Assembly: GCA_038227875.1 (NCBI GenBank)
Contig: JBBRPR010000019.1
Span: forward strand, 1 to 64,000
Source of the DNA: Planctomycetota bacterium
GTDB taxonomy: Bacteria > Planctomycetota > SZUA-567 > H5-PLA8
Direction of reading: 5' to 3'
Length of the DNA: 64,000 bases
Shown here: positions 48,646 to 57,798 of the stretch, in pieces
Position numbering within the stretch: position 1 is the stretch's first letter
How the letters are laid out: each line of letters opens with the position of its first letter
Made by a program: the position numbers and the translations under genes
Notes under the pieces: generated by a model
The model's database searches: none
What the model was told of the DNA's origin: nothing
What the model saw: only the letters and a program-made list of their open reading frames with translations

Positions 48646-49956
48646 TCACACCTTCGCCAACGCCCTGCCCAAGTCTCGGATCAAATCGTTCGCATCCTCC
48701 AGCCCGATCGACAATCGCACGCCGCCCGGGTCGATGCCTTCGCTGACCTGCTTCGGCAAGGGCACCGACGAATGGGTCATGCTTGAGGGATGTTCGATTA
48801 GCGTGCGCACCTGGCCCAGCGACACGGCCAGCGTGATCGTGTAGCTTTCGCGGGCGATGATGTCGATCAGTTTCTCGGCCAGTACGCGCGCCTTGGCGTG
48901 CGTGCCCTTCAGGATAAAATAGAGCAGCGTGCCGGGCGCGAAGTTGCCGTCGTAATCGGTCATCTGCTTGCGCGCCAGACCGTACTGCGGAAACGAAAGC
49001 AGGCCCGGGTACTTCACTTCCTTGACCTTCGGATGCTGCCCGAGGAAGACGGCCAGCGCCATCGCGGCCTGCTCCTGCTTCTTCACGCGCATCGCCAGCG
49101 TCGAGAGTCCATAGACGAGGATCGGCCAAGCGGCCTTGGGCGACAACACGCCGCCGAAATCCTTGCGGTACGAGAGCAGCGACGGCAGGTAACTTCGCGC
49201 GCCCACCACCACGCCGCCCATGTCGGTGCCGAAGCCGCAGATGTTCTTGGTGAGTGAATGGATCACGAGATCCGCGCCGTGTTCGATCGGGCGCTGGCAG
49301 AACGGCGAGGCGAAGGTGTTGTCGACGAGCACGTGGATGCGTTCGTGCGGCGGGCGTTCGGCGTTGGCGCGGCCGACCACGCGGCGCACGTGGGCCATGT
49401 CGATCAATTCTAGATTGGGATTCGACGGCGTTTCGAAATAGACGACGCGCGTGTTCTTACGGATGGCCTGCTCGAGTTCGCCTTCGCCGTTAAGATTGGA
49501 GAGCGTGACGTCGATCTTGTAGCGCGGCATCCAGTTGGCCAGCAGGCTGTAGGTCGAGCCGTAAATCACGCGGTGCGCGATGATGTGGTCGCCGGAGTTG
49601 GCGCAGATGCCCAGCGCCGCGGAGACGGCGGCCATGCCGCTGGCGAAAGTGACGGCGATCTCGCCGCGTTCGGCGGTGGCGAGAGCTTCTTCGAGCATGT
49701 CGCGAGTGGGTTCGCCGAGGCGGTCGTAAATGTAAATCGGCGCGCGTTTGGCATCGTCATCGCCTTCGGCGCCGAATTCCGCAAACCCGCGCGCACCACG
49801 GGCGGCGCTGTCGAGGCGGTAGGCCGTCGACGACGAGAGCGGCGGCACGACGTGGTGGCGATAATCCCAGTGCTTGTCCTTGCTGTTGCCATGGATCAGC
49901 AGGGTGGGCACGGAATAGAGAGGCGCGGCCGGTTTTTTGCGTGGTTTTTTTGCCAT
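48646..49956 (-). CDS. PLP-dependent trans-sulfuration enzyme (cystathionine gamma-synthase / methionine gamma-lyase family)
   Basis: YIYDRLGEPT, FASGMAA, YFETPSNP, VDNTFASP, HSLTK (PLP Lys), AVSLG, HPSSMTH, VRLSIGLED. Confidence 0.93.
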   Translation of the reverse strand: MAKKPRKKPAAPLYSVPTLLIHGNSKDKHWDYRHHVVPPLSSSTAYRLDSAARGARGFAEFGAEGDDDAKRAPIYIYDRLGEPTRDMLEEALATAERGEIAVTFASGMAAVSAALGICANSGDHIIAHRVIYGSTYSLLANWMPRYKIDVTLSNLNGEGELEQAIRKNTRVVYFETPSNPNLELIDMAHVRRVVGRANAERPPHERIHVLVDNTFASPFCQRPIEHGADLVIHSLTKNICGFGTDMGGVVVGARSYLPSLLSYRKDFGGVLSPKAAWPILVYGLSTLAMRVKKQEQAAMALAVFLGQHPKVKEVKYPGLLSFPQYGLARKQMTDYDGNFAPGTLLYFILKGTHAKARVLAEKLIDIIARESYTITLAVSLGQVRTLIEHPSSMTHSSVPLPKQVSEGIDPGGVRLSIGLEDANDLIRDLGRALAKV

Positions 49957-50008
49957 GTGTGGACTGTATCTGGATTTTCAGTTTTGCGAGTACAAAGCGC
50001 TGCGCGCG

Positions 50009-50037
50009 AGGGGTCAGGGGCCAGGGGTCAGGGGCCA
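50009..50037. repeat. Heptamer repeat (AGGGGYC) x4
   Basis: aggggtc aggggcc aggggtc aggggcc. Confidence 0.8.
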
Positions 50038-50105
50038 GAGATAGGAACAGGGTTGCCAGAGTAGTCTGCGCCAATCGCGGTCGGCACAGTTAGCAAGAAA
50101 AGAGG

Positions 50106-50271
50106 ATATGACTAATTGGTCATATGCTGGAAATTAACCAGCGGCCAAATTTGAACGACCCTCAGGCAAATTTGCCTGACCCACTACTAATGGTAGAATT
50201 GTACCTGTGGAACACCTAGGCACCAATTGGTGCCCAGGGAAAACGGGTAATCAGCTTTCAAACCTTTTCCC
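50106..50271. other. Cluster of abutting AATT-centred hairpins
   Basis: atatgactaattggtcatat, gctggaaattaaccagc, caaatttg, tcaggcaaatttgcctga, ctactaatggtag, cctaggcaccaattggtgcccagg, gggaaaa...ttttccc. Confidence 0.8.
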
Positions 50272-50309
50272 AGCGCGTGCATTTTGAAATTTTAATTTTG
50301 AATTGCCGT

Positions 50310-52076
50310 TCAAGGCGCGGGCGGCGCGGGCGCGTTTTCGTTGGGCTTGAAGAGATCGTCGAATTGCATCCCGGAGCGCTGAAGGCGCTGCGTAAGCTGG
50401 TAGATCGCGCTGGGAATGTCGGCGGGGATTTCGAGCTTGATCGCGGCGGTCTTTTCGGCCACCCGGACGCTCAGCGAGAACACCGGGTTGGGCAAGCCGG
50501 CGGTGAGTTTCCCGGCCGGGCCGTCGGGGTTGGCTTTTGCGGCGATGAGCTTCACGATCGAGAGCGGGCGCAGCATCAGGACGGCGGCGGTTCCTTTGGG
50601 AATTGCCGTAAAGAGCGTCTGAATTTCCGCCGGAACCGGCGCGGGCCTGGCGGAATTTTCGACCAGCACTTTAAACGTCTCGTGCGAACCCGTGCCGGAG
50701 GCGATGCCGACGGCGTGCTTCAGGTCAGCCATCTTCATGTAAAAAATGTCGTCCATGAAGTTATCGGTCGTGCCCATGATCGCCATGCGCCGGCCGACGA
50801 CAGGCACGCCAGCGATCGTCTCCTCGGGCGCTTTTTCCTCGGAGAGAAAATCCTTGCCATTCTTCAAACGGCTCTCGGCGTTGATGGCGTCGATCGCCTT
50901 CTGATAAAAGCCGACCAGCGTGGCGAGCGTCTTCTTGCTGTCAGCAGTTTCGACGACGACAACGGGCGTCGCCGCCTGGCCGGTCCGCGCGCCGATGGCC
51001 AGCATCGCGTCGCCCTTGGCGCTCTCGAGGAAGGTGGCTAATGATTCGAGTACTTTCAAGCGCGCTTGCACGTTGTCGTCGGCGGCGTCGGAGCGGAGAT
51101 TGCTGAGCTTGATCAGATTGCGCACGGCGCCAGCGGAATCCTGCGGATTGACATTCCACGCGATCAGCAGCGCCGGATCGAAGGGCAGCAGCGACGTGAG
51201 CTTGCCGGAAAGCGTCGGCGCGTCGCCGGTCAGGTTAGCGGCGAGCACCGTGCCCGCGCGGCCGGTTAGTAGTATTTCGAGCGCTGCGACGGCCTTCTCC
51301 GTGTTGAAGTTGGCGCGGACCTGCACGGTCTCGGCCTGCCAGACGGCATCGAGAACGTTGTGGACCTGGCCCTTGAGCATCTCCCCCTGCTCCACCGTCT
51401 GGCCGGCGACGAGCGCGCCGGATTCCAGGCTCGAGGTCAGGATGCTGCCGTAGACGCGCTTGATGTTGGCCACTTTGAGCGTGAGATCGAGATCCGCATC
51501 GGTCGCCAGCGTGCCAACGTCGCGCGTGCCGAGGAAGTCTTCCAAGCTGCGCAACACGGCTGCGTTGGGCGCGACGAGCAGATTGGCGCGCACGATTTTC
51601 ATCACGATCAGCTTGTCGGGATTGGGCAGCGGCTGTGGGATTGAGTACGTCAGCACGCCATTCTCGTCGGTCGGCATGCCCAAGCTGCCAGCCATCGCCG
51701 CCTTCAGCGCCGCGGCGTCAGAGATGGGCAGAATCATCGCTTTGTCAACGGCCTGCCCCACGGCGGCGGGCGCGACAAAGTAGACCAGCGCCGTGCCGTC
51801 GGGCTTCAGGCCGGCATTGAGCGGGATGGCGAAAACATAATTGAGCGCGACGTTGGTGCCGAGTTCGCCGGAGTTGGGGACGACCTTGTTGGCGTAGCCG
51901 GCCAGCTTTTCACGCATGCCCGAGATCGACTTGATCGTGAAGCTGCCCAACGCCCAATCGGGGACGTCCGCCACCGGCGCAGGTTTTGGCGCATCAGCCG
52001 CGTGGGCGGGAAGTCCAGTGATGAGGCAAAGCACCACAGCGACCGAGCAAACCGGGGAAATGAAGCGATGCACCAT
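50310..52076 (-). CDS. Exported hypothetical protein
   Basis: Signal peptide (AHA-A), long ORF with host-like codon usage; no recognised motif. Confidence 0.7.
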   Translation of the reverse strand: MVHRFISPVCSVAVVLCLITGLPAHAADAPKPAPVADVPDWALGSFTIKSISGMREKLAGYANKVVPNSGELGTNVALNYVFAIPLNAGLKPDGTALVYFVAPAAVGQAVDKAMILPISDAAALKAAMAGSLGMPTDENGVLTYSIPQPLPNPDKLIVMKIVRANLLVAPNAAVLRSLEDFLGTRDVGTLATDADLDLTLKVANIKRVYGSILTSSLESGALVAGQTVEQGEMLKGQVHNVLDAVWQAETVQVRANFNTEKAVAALEILLTGRAGTVLAANLTGDAPTLSGKLTSLLPFDPALLIAWNVNPQDSAGAVRNLIKLSNLRSDAADDNVQARLKVLESLATFLESAKGDAMLAIGARTGQAATPVVVVETADSKKTLATLVGFYQKAIDAINAESRLKNGKDFLSEEKAPEETIAGVPVVGRRMAIMGTTDNFMDDIFYMKMADLKHAVGIASGTGSHETFKVLVENSARPAPVPAEIQTLFTAIPKGTAAVLMLRPLSIVKLIAAKANPDGPAGKLTAGLPNPVFSLSVRVAEKTAAIKLEIPADIPSAIYQLTQRLQRSGMQFDDLFKPNENAPAPPAP

Positions 52077-52162
52077 AAGCGTTTCCAATCCGTTGATGGA
52101 GAAATCCGACAGGTTCGGTATTCAACGCCTTGAATAGCAAAGAAAAGACCGCACGCAAAAGA

Positions 52163-52234
52163 AAATGCCGGATCGCTCCGGCATTCTCGTTACGACAACC
52201 TCGAATTCCGCTTAGTTACTATTGTAACTAAGCG
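52163..52234 (-). terminator. Intergenic hairpins / putative terminator
   Basis: aatgccgga-tcgc-tccggcatt (T-rich tail on minus strand) and cgcttagttac-tatt-gtaactaagcg. Confidence 0.55.
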
Positions 52235-52239
52235 ACTGT

Positions 52240-53175
52240 TTAGAATCCAAATCCCAAACCCACCCCCACGCGCGAATGACCGCCGTGGTAGTAACCAAAG
52301 TTCACCGAGCTGCGGGGATAATAGTAGTACGGGTACGTGCGGTAGTAGCTCGGCGCGTAGATGATCGGCGGCGACACGTAGACGGGATCGCGGTAGATCA
52401 CGGTCGACTGCGGCACGGAGTAGACCACTGGCGGCTCGGCCGGCGTGACGTACTCCGTTGACGGCACCGTCACCTGAGCTTGCGCCGGAGCAGGGCCATC
52501 GCGGAAAACCGCCAGGCGGCCGCCCTGCTTCTTCTCGCCGTTTTCGAAGACGCTGACATACAGCGCTTCCAGTTGCGCCGTATCGACGCGCGAGATCAGG
52601 ACCTGCGACTTCCGGTGGTTGTAGACCGTCACGGTCGCGCCTCTATCCTGGCCGCTATAACGGATCTGGTAGACGCCCGTCTTCATGCTCAACCGCAGAT
52701 TCGCGTTCGGCGCGATGCGGCCACCCCGTTCGGCGGGGACGATCCAAATCGTGTTCAAGTCCGGTTCGTAGCGGTAGGACCACGCGCGGTTGTCGAGGTT
52801 CTCGAGATCCAGCGAGCCTTCGCCCGCTTCAATCGGCGCGGCCGGCACAACTTCCGGCGGTGCAGCTGGCGACGGCGCAGCCTGAACCGGCGGCGCGGCT
52901 GGCGCGACGGCTACAGGCGCCGAGGCGGGAGCGGCATGGTGTTTCAACATCGCCGTGATCACCGAATTCGGCACATTGGCGTTCTTGAGCTTGATGATGT
53001 CTGGCGCCGTAAGGTTGAATTCCGTTTTGGAATTGCTGACCGTGGCGAGAATGATTTCTTCGCCGACGTTTTTCTGCGACAAGGTGACAATGTCATCGAC
53101 CGATTCCGCGTGCGCCGCGAACGGCGCGAGTGCGCCAACGAAGAGCGTCAACGCGGCAAGCTGTAAAATGCGCAT
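52240..53175 (-). CDS. Exported hypothetical protein with small helical N-domain and Tyr/Pro-rich tail ending in an amphipathic beta-hairpin
   Basis: Signal peptide (AAHA); DIIKLKNANVPNSVITAM; ends VNFGYYHGGHSRVGVGLGFGF; GGAGG RBS. Confidence 0.75.
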   Translation of the reverse strand: MRILQLAALTLFVGALAPFAAHAESVDDIVTLSQKNVGEEIILATVSNSKTEFNLTAPDIIKLKNANVPNSVITAMLKHHAAPASAPVAVAPAAPPVQAAPSPAAPPEVVPAAPIEAGEGSLDLENLDNRAWSYRYEPDLNTIWIVPAERGGRIAPNANLRLSMKTGVYQIRYSGQDRGATVTVYNHRKSQVLISRVDTAQLEALYVSVFENGEKKQGGRLAVFRDGPAPAQAQVTVPSTEYVTPAEPPVVYSVPQSTVIYRDPVYVSPPIIYAPSYYRTYPYYYYPRSSVNFGYYHGGHSRVGVGLGFGF

Positions 53176-53392
53176 GGCAAACCTCCCTTACCCCACGACC
53201 ACTTCCGAATGGTAGAGTAGACCCATTCCCCCTGCCGTCAATAGGACGCGCTAGACCCTTGCGCATTCAAAGTTTCTGGCGCGGATGGCCGCTGACACGC
53301 GAAGAGTCCAGCCCGCTGCGCTCTTGCACCAGACGCAACCCGATGTAAGATTTTGTTAGGTACTCCACGCATAAATTCCCAAGGACACGGCA

Positions 53393-54508
53393 TTGAACTC
53401 ATCGTCGCCCTTTGAAGGGTCCATTCTGCTTGTGGCAGAGCCGCTGAATCCGGGCGGAATCGCGGTGTATACGCGCTCCATTTTGGCGGGGTTGCGGCAG
53501 GCCAATATCCGCCACCGCCTGATCACCTCCGTGCGGCCGAGCGAAGGGGCGTTGCTGACCGAAGAGCAGAGCAACATCGACGTGGTGCAAGGCTTGTTCT
53601 GGAGCGTCTGGCGACCGTTCATTTTCCGCAAACTGGTGGCGTGGGCGCGCGAAAATGAGCCGGTGATCATCCACGGGCTCTCGGCGTTGGCGGCGCCGAT
53701 CTGCGCTCAGCTCTCGAAGGCGCTGGGCATTCCGTTTGTCGTCACGGTCCATCATTTTCAGAAACCGGGAGTTTTGCGGCAGGAAGAAGGCTGCCACGCG
53801 TTCATCGCGGTGAGCGAATCGTTACGCGAGAATCTGGTCAACGACGCGCGCATTCCGCGCGAGCTGGTGCGGCTGATCCCCGCCGGCATCAGTGTGCCGA
53901 AGGAACTCGCGGCGCGCCCGGCGGAATACAACCGCGGCGAATCGATTCCGCTGATCAGTTCGTTTGGCAAACTGATTCCGCGCAAGGACTATCCGACTTT
54001 CTTGAAAGCCGCGCGGCTGGTCATCGACCGGCTCGGTCCGCAGAACAGTTTTGTGATCCTGGGAGAAGGCCCCGACGAACCGGCGCTGCGGAAACTCGCG
54101 CGGGAATTGAAAATCGACAAGCAGGTCACCTTCTGCGACACGACCGCCGCCGTCGAACCGATCTTCCGCGACACCGACGTCTATGTGCAGTGTTCCAAGC
54201 AGGAAGGCTTCGGCACGATGGTGCTGCAAGCGATGGCTCACGGCGTGCCTGTCGTCACGACCGCGGCCGGCGGAATATTGTCGCTGGTACGCGACGGCGA
54301 AACGGGATTCATCGTCCCGATCGGCGATCACGAAGCGCTGGCCGGGCGCATCTGCAATCTGCTGACCGACCCGGAACTCGCGGCCCGCATCGGCGATGCC
54401 GCGCGCAAGATGGCCGTCGAGAATTACGACCTCGATGCGATGATGTCCTCCACGCTGTCGCTATACAGCGAAGCGGTGAGCGAGGACGTGAAGATCACGA
54501 AAACGTGA
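53393..54508 (+). CDS. GT4 family glycosyltransferase
   Basis: GGIAVY, VTVH, AVSE, GKLIPRKD, QEGFGTMVLQAMAHGVPVV, DGETG. Confidence 0.9.
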   Translation: MNSSSPFEGSILLVAEPLNPGGIAVYTRSILAGLRQANIRHRLITSVRPSEGALLTEEQSNIDVVQGLFWSVWRPFIFRKLVAWARENEPVIIHGLSALAAPICAQLSKALGIPFVVTVHHFQKPGVLRQEEGCHAFIAVSESLRENLVNDARIPRELVRLIPAGISVPKELAARPAEYNRGESIPLISSFGKLIPRKDYPTFLKAARLVIDRLGPQNSFVILGEGPDEPALRKLARELKIDKQVTFCDTTAAVEPIFRDTDVYVQCSKQEGFGTMVLQAMAHGVPVVTTAAGGILSLVRDGETGFIVPIGDHEALAGRICNLLTDPELAARIGDAARKMAVENYDLDAMMSSTLSLYSEAVSEDVKITKT

Positions 54509-54527
54509 ACTCCAAGAGCACAGCGTC

Positions 54528-55217
54528 ATGGTAAACATACGCCCTGCGCTGATCGCTCTCTGTGCGCTAATCTTAGTCTGCGGCTGGAGCCAGGCGCCGA
54601 ATCTCGCCGCGCAGGCGTACGACCGGCCGCATGCACTCAAAATCCAAGCACCACAAATTATCACATTGGATTGCGAAGAGGCGACTATCGAGGTCGGCGA
54701 GTTGGTGCGGTATGCCGAAACATTTGTCGCCGCGAATGTCCGGGACGGGGCTACACCGCGGATGTACATCTGCCCCAAAGATTGCCAGCACGGCAAAATT
54801 TATCCCAGTGCGGCCGGGGAGAAATGTCCTGTCTGCCATTACCGCTTGTATGAAATTCGCGACGGCCGGATTGAACACAGTAACCACCGGCCGCGGCATG
54901 GCGGTGTCTTCTTCATGGGACAGGATGGCTTTCATCACGTTGAAGGCGTTTTGATTTCCGCTACTGAATTCCGACTCTATGTGTACGACAACTTCACCGA
55001 ACCGCTGAAAGAAACCTGCTCCGCGAGCGCGGAATTCATTCAGAACAAGAATGCGCCGGTGAAAGTGGACCTGAGCCGCTACGCGGACGGGGCATTTCTG
55101 TCCGGCGAGGTTCCAGTGGGATTTCCGATGCCTCTGTCGCTGGCCGTGCGGGTCCGCTTCGGTGAGCAGCGGGAGGGCATGCTCTTCAATTTCACGTTTG
55201 ATCGTTTGACGCGCTGA
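54528..55217 (+). CDS. Exported heavy-metal-binding-domain protein carrying a secretin-derived peptide
   Basis: Signal peptide; MYICPKDC...KIY...KCPVCHYRL; HSNHRPRHGGVFFM...HHVEG...RLYVYD; 30-aa copy of a PilQ segment at 54642-54731. Confidence 0.75.
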   Translation: MVNIRPALIALCALILVCGWSQAPNLAAQAYDRPHALKIQAPQIITLDCEEATIEVGELVRYAETFVAANVRDGATPRMYICPKDCQHGKIYPSAAGEKCPVCHYRLYEIRDGRIEHSNHRPRHGGVFFMGQDGFHHVEGVLISATEFRLYVYDNFTEPLKETCSASAEFIQNKNAPVKVDLSRYADGAFLSGEVPVGFPMPLSLAVRVRFGEQREGMLFNFTFDRLTR

Positions 55218-55223
55218 AATCCG

Positions 55224-55249
55224 ACCACATGGCCAATTGGCCATGTGGT
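55224..55249. other. Perfect 26-bp palindrome with CCAATTGG core between convergent genes
   Basis: accacatggccaattggccatgtggt. Confidence 0.88.
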
Positions 55250-55262
55250 TAGAAAGCACCAC

Positions 55263-56771
55263 TTACTTCTTCGGCTTGCCTTTGAACAGGTCCAACCAAT
55301 TGCGTTCCTTGAAGAAAAACGTGTAGCTGCGGCCGTCTTCGAAGGTGGCTTTGGCGTCGCTGGGGATCTGGTTGGCTTCGAGGGCGTAGTTTTTCTCGCC
55401 GCCAGCGGAGCTGGAGAATTTCACCTGGAAGCTCACGGCGCCCGGACAGGTGTAGAACCAGCCTTTGCCGTCAGGAATTTTGCCTTGAGCCCAGCGCGTG
55501 TACGAGCCGTCCCATAATTTCCAGCGGCAGACGATCGAGATATACTGCGAAGACGTCGCCAGCGGATTGTGAAAGGCGACCACGCCCTGCCGCGTCAGCG
55601 CGATGGCGCGCTGCTGGGCGAGAAACTGTTCCTGACGCGCTTTGGCTACTTCACGCTTGGCGCGTTCGATCTCGTACTTGCGCTGCGCTTCTTCACGGGC
55701 GCGGGTGACAGCGGCGTCTTCCTGCTGCTGTTTGGCCTTGATCGCGGCCAGTTCGTCCTGGGCGCGCTCCAGTTCCAATTCATCTTTCAAATCTTCCTGA
55801 GCCTGCGCGATGGCTTCGCGGCGGGCTTTCTCGAGTTCGCGCGCGTTCTCGGCGGCCTTGGCGCGCGCGGCGGTTACGGCGGCGGCGTCTTCTATGGCGG
55901 CGTTGTTGTCCGCGGCGTTGATTTCATCCAGACGCTGCTCGAAGCTCCAGACCTGGTACGCGCCGGTTTGGGAATTCCATTCGAGAATGCGGTCGCCGTC
56001 CATGTAATGGAAGCTGACACCCGGGGCGGCGTGCGGCCATTCGCCTTCTGCCAGCGGCTTGCCGGGGAAGGGATCTTCCGCGCCGCGCTGCGTCATGTCA
56101 TAAGCCCAGATCCGGTAGCGGCCGGAATCTTCCCAATCGAGCACACGGTCGCCGTCGAATTGCATCAGATGGTGGCCGGCCTTGATCGATTTCCACGTGC
56201 CTTCCGCGATGGGCTTGCCGGGAAACGGATCGTCGGCGCCCTTCTTTTCGCGGTCGTAAAACCAGATCCGATAGTGTCCGGTCTCCTCGACCCAATCGAG
56301 GACCGCGTCGCCGCCCATGTAAATCAACGTGTGTCCGGCATTGATCGAGCCCCACTTGCCTTCCACGTCAATTCCGGTGAGCGGGTCGCGATTTCCCGCA
56401 ATGCTGCGATCGTAGGCGAAGATGCGGTAGCTGCCGGTTTCCGGTTCCCAATCGAGAATCCGGTCGCCGCCCATGTATACGAGTTGATGGCCATCGGCGA
56501 TACTTTTCCACGTACCTTCAACCACGGGGCCGCCGGGAAGCGGATCGGCTTTGCCGCTGCGCTCGCGGTCGTAACGCCAGATGCGGTAGTGACCGGACGA
56601 TGGCTCCCAGTCGAGCAGGCGGTTGCCTTCTAAATAGACCAGTTCATGCCCGCTCTTGATGGACTTCCACACGCCACTGCAGACGGGGCCGTTGAAGGGA
56701 CCGTCTGCCGCCACGAGGCTCAGCGAAAAGACAACCGCCAACAGCACCGCGCTTCGCAGAATGGGTTTCAT
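55263..56771 (-). CDS. Secreted protein with five ~52-aa repeats (predicted beta-propeller), coiled coil and small C-terminal domain
   Basis: GxWxSIxxGHxLxYxxGDRxLDWExxxGxYRIWxYD...DPxPGxPxxE repeated five times; A/E/K/R-rich helix. Confidence 0.85.
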   Translation of the reverse strand: MKPILRSAVLLAVVFSLSLVAADGPFNGPVCSGVWKSIKSGHELVYLEGNRLLDWEPSSGHYRIWRYDRERSGKADPLPGGPVVEGTWKSIADGHQLVYMGGDRILDWEPETGSYRIFAYDRSIAGNRDPLTGIDVEGKWGSINAGHTLIYMGGDAVLDWVEETGHYRIWFYDREKKGADDPFPGKPIAEGTWKSIKAGHHLMQFDGDRVLDWEDSGRYRIWAYDMTQRGAEDPFPGKPLAEGEWPHAAPGVSFHYMDGDRILEWNSQTGAYQVWSFEQRLDEINAADNNAAIEDAAAVTAARAKAAENARELEKARREAIAQAQEDLKDELELERAQDELAAIKAKQQQEDAAVTRAREEAQRKYEIERAKREVAKARQEQFLAQQRAIALTRQGVVAFHNPLATSSQYISIVCRWKLWDGSYTRWAQGKIPDGKGWFYTCPGAVSFQVKFSSSAGGEKNYALEANQIPSDAKATFEDGRSYTFFFKERNWLDLFKGKPKK

Positions 56772-56793
56772 CAGCAGGGAATCTCCCTCGGTA

Positions 56794-57183
56794 TTATTTT
56801 TTCTTCTTACCCTTGGCCTTCGGAATCACGGCATCATCACCGACTTGAGTGACGGTGATGCCCTCGGCCGTGCGTGTGCCAGTCACGGTGACTTTGGCGT
56901 GCTGCGTGGCGAGGTCATCGAGCTTTTTCGCCGCATCGCCGGTGGCCTTGAGATCAACCCATTCGACTTTATCGCCGGTCGTGATCGACATCAACGCAAC
57001 GACGCCGTCCTTGGCGCTCAGGCCCTTTGTCGTCAGGGAGCCGTTCCAGCTTTGCGCGGCGCCGGAAGCCGCAGGCGCAGTGGCAGGCGGAGGCGCGACC
57101 GGGTCCGGTGCATCTGCTCCGAACGCCGTGCTTGCCGCGAGCAGTACGACCGTTAGCGAACCGAGCTTTAGACGCCTGTACAT
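56794..57183 (-). CDS. Small exported hypothetical protein (possible OB-fold)
   Basis: Signal peptide; KVTVTGT motif; AAGGAG RBS. Confidence 0.65.
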   Translation of the reverse strand: MYRRLKLGSLTVVLLAASTAFGADAPDPVAPPPATAPAASGAAQSWNGSLTTKGLSAKDGVVALMSITTGDKVEWVDLKATGDAAKKLDDLATQHAKVTVTGTRTAEGITVTQVGDDAVIPKAKGKKKK

Positions 57184-57260
57184 GGATGACTCCTTCGACA
57201 AGACAGTTTCGGCATTCAACATAGCCGTGCAGGCGGCGGTGTCACGTCTGTTGGCAGGAT

Positions 57261-57788
57261 TCAGTGGCGCGTGTCACGCAAGGCTTGCATCACGCTGCGT
57301 TGATGAGGGAACGCCAGTTCGGTGTCGCTGGGCAGCGCATCGAGCGGAAACCAGCGGACTTCTGCGGCGTCGTCTGCCGCAACAGGATCGCCACTCTCGG
57401 CTCGCGCGGTGAAATAGATGTTCAGTGTGAAATCCGGCTCGACGCCGTTGGCGGGAACTTCGCCGTAAATATCGGGCACCGCGATCAGGTAAATGAGATC
57501 GGTGATGACCAAGCCCGTTTCTTCGCGCAGTTCGCGAATCGTGGCCTGCTCGGGGGTTTCATGCGCTTCCATGAAGCCGCCGGGAACATCCCAGTGCCCT
57601 TTGGCGGGTTCAATACCGCGCTTCACCAGCAGGACTTTGCCCTCGCGGATCACGAGCGCGCCGGCGCAGGGCTTGGCGTTGCGCCAGTCAATGAAGGTGC
57701 AATTCGGGCATGCCGGCAGGCGGCGGTGGTCGATCTGGCGATCGGCCACCGCGGTCGCGCAGTTGGGGCAGAATTTGAATTTGGACAT
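57261..57788 (-). CDS. NUDIX hydrolase with N-terminal zinc ribbon
   Basis: FCPNC...CPNC; PGGFMEAHETPEQATIRELREETGL Nudix box. Confidence 0.92.
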   Translation of the reverse strand: MSKFKFCPNCATAVADRQIDHRRLPACPNCTFIDWRNAKPCAGALVIREGKVLLVKRGIEPAKGHWDVPGGFMEAHETPEQATIRELREETGLVITDLIYLIAVPDIYGEVPANGVEPDFTLNIYFTARAESGDPVAADDAAEVRWFPLDALPSDTELAFPHQRSVMQALRDTRH

Positions 57789-57798
57789 GCGCTGATTT

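Noticed and set aside
48650..49129. N-terminal extension of the 304-aa ORF overlapping the PLP enzyme gene
   Set aside because: Reads as off-frame sequence with no motif and no codon shift in the host gene; the start near 48643-48649 fits better
50100..50280. Possible CRISPR array
   Set aside because: No conserved direct repeat, no regular spacer length, no cas genes in the window
49957..50309. SAM riboswitch upstream of the trans-sulfuration gene
   Set aside because: No SAM-I core elements recognisable on the minus strand by eye; an Rfam scan would be decisive
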